Below, in pieces: positions 57,484 to 64,000 of a DNA stretch of 64,000 bases (its first letter is position 1; every line of letters begins with the position of its first letter). Origin of the DNA: Alphaproteobacteria bacterium (GTDB taxonomy: Bacteria > Pseudomonadota > Alphaproteobacteria > Rs-D84); assembly GCA_033345235.1 (NCBI GenBank), contig JAWPOC010000014.1:137085-201084 (forward strand), given 5' to 3'. The translations under genes were made by a program, and so were the position numbers. Below the pieces are notes generated by a model that was not told where the DNA came from, searched no databases, and was given only the letters and a program-made list of their open reading frames with translations.

Positions 57484-58311
57484 ATGACTTGGACAATTTT
57501 GGTACTGATTTTAGGTATCGCATTGTACGTTTTCAGTGGTGTCATAGTAAAAGAAAAAAATGCTAAGAAACCATCTGTTGCTGCAATGTATGCAAGAAAA
57601 GTTGTGAATGTAATCGCGGCTTTGTTAATGGCAGGTGCTGTATGCCGTCTGTATATGCCAATCTATTTGGTTCATACAAATCCAGACATCTTGCCAGAAA
57701 TGATTACTGCAATGCAGGAAAAAGAAGCCGAAGCGAAAAATAAAGCTGTTCGTGAATATGTTCGCAATAATGCTGATGTTATGACTGCAGATGCACCAAT
57801 CTTGGGTAACCCAGAAGCAAAGAAAACAATCTATGTTTGGACAGCTGCTTCTTGTGGTTATTGCCGTCGTGTACATGGCGAACTGGAACGCGTATTGGCA
57901 GATCGTGATGATGTGAAAGTTGTTATTAAAAACTTCTCTATCCATGGCGTTAACTCTGATGGCCCAGCACGTGCAATGATTGCTGCAAAAATCCAAGATA
58001 ATGCAAAAGCAGCAAAATTTGTTGATATGATTATGACACGTGAATATCGCCCAACAGAAAAAATCCAAGATCCAAAGAAATTGGCTGCTGCAATCGAAAA
58101 GAATGTTATGAAATTCGCAGAAGAAGCAGGCTTGGATGTGGAACAGCTGAAGAAAGATATGCAAGGCGAAGTGGTCGCACGTGAATTGGCAAATGTTCGT
58201 GATTTGGCAGAACGTTTCGATATCACAGGTACACCATTCTTGATTATCGGTGAAGAAGCGTTCCCAGGCGCAATCCCTGCGGCACAAATCAACGCAGCGT
58301 TGGATAAATAA
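57484..58311 (+). CDS. DsbA-like thiol:disulfide oxidoreductase with N-terminal TM anchor
   Basis: TM ..ILVLILGIALYVFSGVIV.., thioredoxin active site ..SCGYCRR.. Start at MTWTIL with SD aaaggag. Confidence 0.65.
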   Translation: MTWTILVLILGIALYVFSGVIVKEKNAKKPSVAAMYARKVVNVIAALLMAGAVCRLYMPIYLVHTNPDILPEMITAMQEKEAEAKNKAVREYVRNNADVMTADAPILGNPEAKKTIYVWTAASCGYCRRVHGELERVLADRDDVKVVIKNFSIHGVNSDGPARAMIAAKIQDNAKAAKFVDMIMTREYRPTEKIQDPKKLAAAIEKNVMKFAEEAGLDVEQLKKDMQGEVVARELANVRDLAERFDITGTPFLIIGEEAFPGAIPAAQINAALDK

Positions 58312-58478
58312 TAAAAAAATATTCCCCCGTTATCGGGGGATTTTTATGCTTGAAATAAATAGTGACATTATTTTTTTATGTCACTATTGCTTTTTTATCT
58401 ATTTTTACTATATATATGATAAATTCGCGAATCGGGTTTTATTGTGATATAATTTCTAGGTAAAAGAGGTTTTGTGTT

Positions 58479-59060
58479 ATGTCTTTAATACCAATGGTTA
58501 TCGAAGAATCACCTCGTGGTGAACGTTCTTTTGATATTTACTCACGCTTGCTGCGTGACAGAATCGTTATTATAAGTGGGCCAATAGAAACAGCAATGGC
58601 AAATACGATTGTCGCACAGTTGTTGTTCTTGGAATCTGAAAATCCAAATGCAGATATTTCTGTCTATATCAACAGTCCTGGGGGGGATGTCGCCGCAGGT
58701 TGGGCAATTATGGATACAATGCATTATATTAAATCGCCGGTTTCAACAATTGGTATGGGCTTGGTCGCATCAATGGGATCTGTGCTGCTGGCGGCAGGTG
58801 ATAAAGGAAAACGATTTGCGTTGCCAAATACCAGTATTATGATTCATCAACCTTTGGGTGGTTTTGAAGGGCAGGTTACAGATGTTGAAATTCGGTACAG
58901 AAAAATGCAACTGGCCAAAGATACTATGATTAAGCAAATGGCTGAATTTACTGGTCGCAGCGAAAAAGAACTGTTCGATGCAATGGAACGTGATAATTGG
59001 ATGACGGCAGTTCAGGCCAAAGAATTCGGCTTGATTGACCAGGTTTTAGAACGTAAATAA
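58479..59060 (+). CDS. clpP: ATP-dependent Clp protease proteolytic subunit
   Basis: ..[31 protein letters not shown].. catalytic Ser/His/Asp context. Confidence 0.9.
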   Translation: MSLIPMVIEESPRGERSFDIYSRLLRDRIVIISGPIETAMANTIVAQLLFLESENPNADISVYINSPGGDVAAGWAIMDTMHYIKSPVSTIGMGLVASMGSVLLAAGDKGKRFALPNTSIMIHQPLGGFEGQVTDVEIRYRKMQLAKDTMIKQMAEFTGRSEKELFDAMERDNWMTAVQAKEFGLIDQVLERK

Positions 59061-59085
59061 TCATATATGTGTAGGAATTTGTAAT

Positions 59086-60345
59086 ATGAGCGACGATAAA
59101 ACACCAAAAACGGAAAATAATCATCAGTTTTGCAGCTTTTGCGGCAAGGCTGTGTACGAAGTAAAAAAGTTGGTCAGTGGACGTAATGTCTGTATTTGCG
59201 ATGAATGTATCAATCTGTGTAATGATATTATGGCGGATGATAATCGTCGTGAAATCAGCAAAGATGCGGCAAAAATACCAACGCCGTCGCAAATATATGC
59301 GTTCTTGAATGAATATGTTATCGGGCAAGATGTTGCAAAACGTACCTTGGCGGTGGCGGTGTATAATCACTTTAAGCGTCACAGTGTTGCGGCGTCCGCT
59401 GATGTTGAAATACAAAAATCAAATGTTTTATTAATTGGTTCAACTGGTACAGGTAAGACTTTGATTGCCCAGACTTTGGCGCGAATCTTGGATGTACCGT
59501 TCGCAATCGCAGATGCAACCACTTTGACAGAGGCCGGATATGTCGGTGATGATGTGGAAAGTGTTTTGACCAGATTGTTGCAAAATGCGAACTTTGATGT
59601 GGAACGCGCCAGTCGCGGAATTATATACATCGATGAAATTGATAAGATTTCTAGAAAATCAGAAAACCCATCTTTGACACGCGATGTCTCTGGCGAAGGT
59701 GTACAACAGGCATTGTTAAAACTTATCGAAGGTACAATCGCAAATGTCCCAGCAGGTGGCGCTGGCCGTAAACACCCAGGTGAGGCAACTGTTCAACTGG
59801 ATACCAGCAAGATATTGTTCATTTGTGGCGGGGCATTCGATGGACTGAACAAGATTATTGGCAATCGTACCTATGAACGCCGCGGAATCGGTTTTTGTGC
59901 CCATGTTGAATCAAAACAAGAACGTGAAACTAAAAATTTCTTGGGTGATGTTGAACCCGAAGATTTGGTAAAGTTCGGTATTATCCCAGAATTAATTGGA
60001 CGTTTGCCTGTTATTACAACGCTGCAGGAACTGGACGAAGACGCATTGGTAAAGATTTTAACAGAACCAAAGAATGCTGTTGTAAAGCAGTTTACGGCAA
60101 TGTTGGGAATGGATAATGTTAAACTGACGATAACAGATGATGGTTTACGTGAAATCGCAAAGTTGGCTGTATCGCGTAAAACGGGTGCGCGCGGTTTGCG
60201 CAGTATCTTGGAAAATATATTAATGCAAACAATGTTTGATGCGCCTGATAAAACGGATTTGGCCGAAGTTGTTATTGATGCAGATGTTGTTACAGGGAAA
60301 AAAGCACCTGTTGAAATCTTGCATGAAGCTAAAAAAGCTGCATAG
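59086..60345 (+). CDS. clpX: ATP-dependent Clp protease ATP-binding subunit ClpX
   Basis: N-terminal C4 zinc finger (CSFCGK..CICDEC), Walker A GSTGTGKT, ..IYIDEIDKI.. Confidence 0.9.
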   Translation: MSDDKTPKTENNHQFCSFCGKAVYEVKKLVSGRNVCICDECINLCNDIMADDNRREISKDAAKIPTPSQIYAFLNEYVIGQDVAKRTLAVAVYNHFKRHSVAASADVEIQKSNVLLIGSTGTGKTLIAQTLARILDVPFAIADATTLTEAGYVGDDVESVLTRLLQNANFDVERASRGIIYIDEIDKISRKSENPSLTRDVSGEGVQQALLKLIEGTIANVPAGGAGRKHPGEATVQLDTSKILFICGGAFDGLNKIIGNRTYERRGIGFCAHVESKQERETKNFLGDVEPEDLVKFGIIPELIGRLPVITTLQELDEDALVKILTEPKNAVVKQFTAMLGMDNVKLTITDDGLREIAKLAVSRKTGARGLRSILENILMQTMFDAPDKTDLAEVVIDADVVTGKKAPVEILHEAKKAA

Positions 60346-60346
60346 T

Positions 60347-60375
60347 AAAATGCCCCGTCGGGGCATTTTTATTTT
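60347..60375. terminator. Bidirectional terminator between clpX and the GNAT gene
   Basis: aaaatgccccgtcggggcatttttatttttg. Confidence 0.6.
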
Positions 60376-61082
60376 TGATTACTTAGAAATTGGTTGTATG
60401 CGATAATCTTTTTTGATACCTGATTGTGTGCCCATTGATTACCGGATTGAGAGTGTACTGATTTATCTTTTGTTGTGCCGTATGCACAGATTTTATTGTC
60501 GGCGTCTTGGTATACAAATATTGGGCCACTGTTCATAATTGTCTTGTAATCAATGCCAGATATCTTGGATAATTTCTGAGCCAAGTTATATGTGCATGAA
60601 AATACAGGCAAGACTTTACAGTGACCCGCGTTGCGTATGTCTTTTTCATAGCCGTTGACCAAAGTGTATACTTTGTAACCAAAAGATGTATAGAAATTTT
60701 CAGCGCGTGCCAATGATATCAATGTTAATTTGTTGCTGAATAATGATGATGTTGCTTCGGCGGCCTGCAACAGCTGACGGCCAACGCCGTTGTGTTGGTA
60801 TTCTGGTTCGATATATAAATGCTGAAGGTGGGCAAAACCATTTTCTTTCATCCCAATCGCGCACCCAATCATTTTGTTGTCATAATATGCGCCAAATGCA
60901 AACTTGAAGCCAGATTTAGATAATATCTTTTGTATGCTGGCCAAGGTCTGTTTGTGTTCTGCGTAATCAATCTGCCAATTATAATTATGACGCGATGCGT
61001 TCGTATATATGCGCATGAAATCATCCCAATAACCAACAGAATCGGGATTAAATACAGGAAAAATCGAAACGCCTTTTAACAT
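60369..61082 (-). CDS. GNAT-family N-acetyltransferase
   Basis: ..LYIEPEYQHNGVGRQLL.. acetyl-CoA-binding motif. Confidence 0.7.
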   Translation of the reverse strand: MLKGVSIFPVFNPDSVGYWDDFMRIYTNASRHNYNWQIDYAEHKQTLASIQKILSKSGFKFAFGAYYDNKMIGCAIGMKENGFAHLQHLYIEPEYQHNGVGRQLLQAAEATSSLFSNKLTLISLARAENFYTSFGYKVYTLVNGYEKDIRNAGHCKVLPVFSCTYNLAQKLSKISGIDYKTIMNSGPIFVYQDADNKICAYGTTKDKSVHSQSGNQWAHNQVSKKIIAYNQFLSNQK

Positions 61083-61113
61083 ATTTTATATATAGGACAC
61101 AAATATATGTTTG

Positions 61114-61854
61114 TCAAGGTTGTTGCAGGTTTAATTCAAATTCTGGGAATTTATAATGTGTAGAATTTGGAATTGTAATCAGTTCGCGGGTACCAACCCA
61201 GCGTTGTGATAATGCAAATGGTACAACAGAATCTGATTCTGCAACATAATGTTTCTGGGGAATGTCGGGCAGGGTGGTTAAATCCAGCGATTTTGTTAAT
61301 GGACTGTCACCAAAGTGGTTTGTCCAGTCACTGTGATTCAGTACGCCCGCAATGGTTATCCATTCTGTGATGTTTAATTTTGGGTAGTGTGTTATTATCA
61401 AGCCAGATATCATTGCACCACCAGAATATCCAATCAAAATAATTGGTCTGTCTTTGGCAATCGAATGAATTGCATATGCAATAGAATCAACGGCGGACTT
61501 GGAAAAGCGGGCGTCTGTCCAATCTGATATGTCGCATTGTGGGGTTTTGATGTATTGGCATGGGCGCGCAATATATACCACATTCGCAGATTTATCGCGT
61601 GCCATCATATCACGCATAAAAGTACTGTGTGGTGTTGGGTCTGGTGTTGGATATCCATACGCGTCAAAAGAATTCCCGTCGCCTTCGATGTATATGTGTA
61701 CAGGTGATGTGGCGTCTGTCAGGCGACTGTACGTCATTATATCAAATGTACCCGTTTTTATAACAGATGATGTAATGTCTGGCGGCATAAACCAAGTGCT
61801 GGTAACGCAACCATATAACAGAACTGTAAATAATATACCAAATAGCTTTGCCAT
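61114..61854 (-). CDS. Alpha/beta-hydrolase lipoprotein (esterase/lipase-like)
   Basis: Lipobox ..LLYGC|VT; nucleophile elbow GYSGG. Start at MAKLFG. Confidence 0.6.
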   Translation of the reverse strand: MAKLFGILFTVLLYGCVTSTWFMPPDITSSVIKTGTFDIMTYSRLTDATSPVHIYIEGDGNSFDAYGYPTPDPTPHSTFMRDMMARDKSANVVYIARPCQYIKTPQCDISDWTDARFSKSAVDSIAYAIHSIAKDRPIILIGYSGGAMISGLIITHYPKLNITEWITIAGVLNHSDWTNHFGDSPLTKSLDLTTLPDIPQKHYVAESDSVVPFALSQRWVGTRELITIPNSTHYKFPEFELNLQQP

Positions 61855-61991
61855 ACTAATCACAGTGTATCGCGATGGGTTGAAAAAAGCAAAATAATTA
61901 TACAAAAAACATTGTTGGACAAAAATATTTGACAAATTGTATTTTTTGGGTATAGTTGTTGCAAATAAATAATAAAAAGGACTAAAAAGAT

Positions 61992-62696
61992 ATGTCTGGT
62001 GATAAAAAAGTTAAGACATCTGCGCGTAGTGCGACAGATGCAAAAAAAGTAAATTCTGGATGGGCAAAAGTTCGCAATGTTATGAAAATGCCTGTACGTT
62101 ATATTGCAAAGATATCCAAACAGTTTTGGAAATGGGTGTCTGGGGTAAATGTTGTTGCGATGACAAATATTACTTTGTTGGTTGCGATAATTGTCTTGTT
62201 TGTATCTTTGATTATGGATTTTGCAGGTTGCTGTAATAAAAATGTTGTTGTCGTCGTTCCACAAGAAGTCCCTGTTATGCAAAAACAAGAAACACGTCGC
62301 GTTGTCGCACGTACACCTGCAGTGCCAGTCGTACAAAATGCAAAAGATAAACAATTAAATGTTGTCCCAGTTAAAAAATCCGAAGTCGAAATCGCAAAAC
62401 GTCATATCGCACGTCAGGAACATAAGTTGTCAGGCGATGTTATTATTGATAGTCGTGGCGCAGGTACTATGTTGCAACAAGGTACGATTGTTAATGGAAA
62501 CTTGTACTTGCAAGATATGCATAAATACACACTGCCATGCGATGTACGCGTGAATGGTAATGTGTTCTTGCGTGATTTAGGGTTGTTACAATTCTGTGGC
62601 GATTTTACTATCACAGGTAATATTTATGTCAGCCCACGTTCTTCGTTTGGGCCAATCCCAAGAACAGCGCGTTTGGGTGGACGTGTCGTCCTGTAA
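61992..62696 (+). CDS. Membrane-anchored protein with C-terminal bactofilin-like beta-helical repeats (tentative)
   Basis: Basic N-terminus, TM ..ITLLVAIIVLFVSLIM.., C-terminal repeats ..IVNGNLYL..VRVNGNVFL..FTITGNIYV.. Confidence 0.35.
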   Translation: MSGDKKVKTSARSATDAKKVNSGWAKVRNVMKMPVRYIAKISKQFWKWVSGVNVVAMTNITLLVAIIVLFVSLIMDFAGCCNKNVVVVVPQEVPVMQKQETRRVVARTPAVPVVQNAKDKQLNVVPVKKSEVEIAKRHIARQEHKLSGDVIIDSRGAGTMLQQGTIVNGNLYLQDMHKYTLPCDVRVNGNVFLRDLGLLQFCGDFTITGNIYVSPRSSFGPIPRTARLGGRVVL

Positions 62697-62819
62697 AGAT
62701 TTATTTCTCGTCAGTAAAAACAATATACGTCACAAGTTTTCATTTGTGACGTTTTTTATGTGCTTTTTTATTTCGCATATGTTATAATTGTGTCGTGTAA
62801 ACACAAGAAAGGAAGAAAA

Positions 62820-63062
62820 ATGTTTGAAAGAATATTAAATGTTCTGGCGAAAAATATGGGTTATACATTGCTGTTGGTTATCGCGCTGTTGTTGTTCGCG
62901 ATATTTTCTGATGGCTTGGTTGCTGGGTTAATCACAGCGGTGTCAGCGTTGTTGGTATATGCATGTATTCGCGCACTGTATGCAGAATATAAAAAAATGC
63001 CCGCCAAGGCCGCAGGTGCAAAAAAAGTAAACGCAACTGTGAAAAAGAAATCAGCAAAGTAA
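62820..63062 (+). CDS. Small membrane protein with Lys-rich C-terminus
   Basis: ATG at 62820 with SD aaaggaag. Two hydrophobic helices. Confidence 0.4.
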   Translation: MFERILNVLAKNMGYTLLLVIALLLFAIFSDGLVAGLITAVSALLVYACIRALYAEYKKMPAKAAGAKKVNATVKKKSAK

Positions 63063-63141
63063 TTTTAAAACCGCCGTTTGGCGGTTTTTTAATATATTTT
63101 TATTTTTATCTTGTGCGTTTTGTGGTATAATTAGTATCACT

Positions 63142-64000
63142 ATGAGAATGTCTAAGGTATTTTTTACGTCTATGTTTATGGGGTTGATGTCATTGCCTGC
63201 GCTGGCGGGGTGGCAGTATTCTGGTGTTTATATGGGCGATGGTTGGTACCAAGAAAATGGATCGCGGTTTGTGCTGTCGTTGCGCGGGGGTGCTGCGATT
63301 GGTATGGCAAAGATAGAAAATAAAGTAGGGGCGGTTGTAACACCATATATGATTTCCCCAGATGGGGCAACTGTCGCGCCGTTAACATATTGCGAAGCCA
63401 CAGGTAATTGCAGCGGTTGGATTGATGCAGGTAACGCAAACTATGCAGATTTAAAGGCAGATAAAGATTTAGAAACGTTTTCATTCGCAGCGGGTTTTAG
63501 TGCGGGTCTTACTGTTCCAAATAAACCCCAGTGGCGTATTGAGGCCGGATGGGATCATATCGTAAAAAGTGATTATAATGCGTCGCCAATGTTTAAAGGT
63601 GATTTGGCATTGGTTGGTGGCAGCTGGTCAGAACAGATTGTTCTGCCAACAGAAAGTGGGTCTGTGAATTCGCATTTGACCACAGATGTATTTAGTATAA
63701 TGGCATTTTATGATTTCTTTGACGGATTGCAAAAGCCTGTGGGACAGTTTATACCATATATCGGTGCCGGTATTGGGTATGCAGATACTAAAACCGTTTT
63801 GAATTTGTCTGATCCGTATGGCGATATCGCGTATCAGTTGGATTTGCAACAATATGGCGAAGTTGTCGAAAACGGCGGTATTTATTCAATTGAATTTTAT
63901 CAGTCTGAACGTAACACAACAAATGTTGCAGGTCTGTTGGCGGCGGGCGCGTCTTATGGAATCACAGAAAAAATATTCTTGGATTTTGGCGCACGTTTGA
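63142..64000 (+). CDS. Outer-membrane beta-barrel protein (OMP_b-brl-like), 3'-truncated by the window end
   Basis: Open frame from ATG 63142 to the window end with no stop. Signal peptide ..LPALA|GW, ..IPYIGAGIGYA.. motif. Absent from the ORF track because no stop was reached. Confidence 0.6.
   Translation, partial: MRMSKVFFTSMFMGLMSLPALAGWQYSGVYMGDGWYQENGSRFVLSLRGGAAIGMAKIENKVGAVVTPYMISPDGATVAPLTYCEATGNCSGWIDAGNANYADLKADKDLETFSFAAGFSAGLTVPNKPQWRIEAGWDHIVKSDYNASPMFKGDLALVGGSWSEQIVLPTESGSVNSHLTTDVFSIMAFYDFFDGLQKPVGQFIPYIGAGIGYADTKTVLNLSDPYGDIAYQLDLQQYGEVVENGGIYSIEFYQSERNTTNVAGLLAAGASYGITEKIFLDFGARL

Noticed and set aside
1-64000. IS elements/transposases/integrases
   Set aside because: No ORF on either strand shows DDE transposase, tyrosine- or serine-recombinase hallmarks. 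All repeats found are short (<100 bp) and lack terminal inverted repeats flanking an ORF.

Overview
This is a 64-kb AT-rich chromosomal window from a diderm bacterium. The Lpt machinery, Lgt, DsbA-like proteins and F-terminated beta-barrel OMPs are present, strong Shine-Dalgarno sites are used throughout, and the organism is probably a host-associated proteobacterium. The housekeeping backbone is ldh, sod, cvpA, a P-type ATPase, galE, thyA, α2-type glyRS, ferredoxin, BI-1, lgt, trpS, nrdDG, an acyl-CoA synthetase, lptE-holA-map-radC, zapA, lptC-like/lptB, recO, and clpP/clpX. Accessory segments are interspersed: (i) a repeat-mosaic zone next to tRNA-Thr (9.2-13.5 kb) with an ABC-transporter gene remnant, a HExxH protein, LysR and a Cro/CI-like HTH; (ii) a ~2-kb cassette (27.2-29.4 kb) bounded by 72-bp direct repeats that carries two secreted eukaryotic-like repeat proteins behind a promoter/terminator-bracketed GC-rich leader; (iii) a tRNA-Ser locus with two tRNA-derived remnants, followed by an AT-rich 7-gene glycosyltransferase/Glf polysaccharide operon (one GT interrupted by an in-frame TAA) and an orphan phage-tail-fibre-like gene; (iv) a class III RNR whose glycyl-radical domain is encoded as a separate 60-aa gene with its own SD, downstream of two pairs of NrdR-box-like palindromes; (v) a 6S-RNA-like structured RNA downstream of zapA, followed by an operon of three secreted Cys-rich proteins and a palindrome-rich intergenic region with two ~95-bp repeats. 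I recognised no transposase or integrase genes, no CRISPR array and no rRNA. Many ORF-track entries are antisense or overlap artefacts and were not called.
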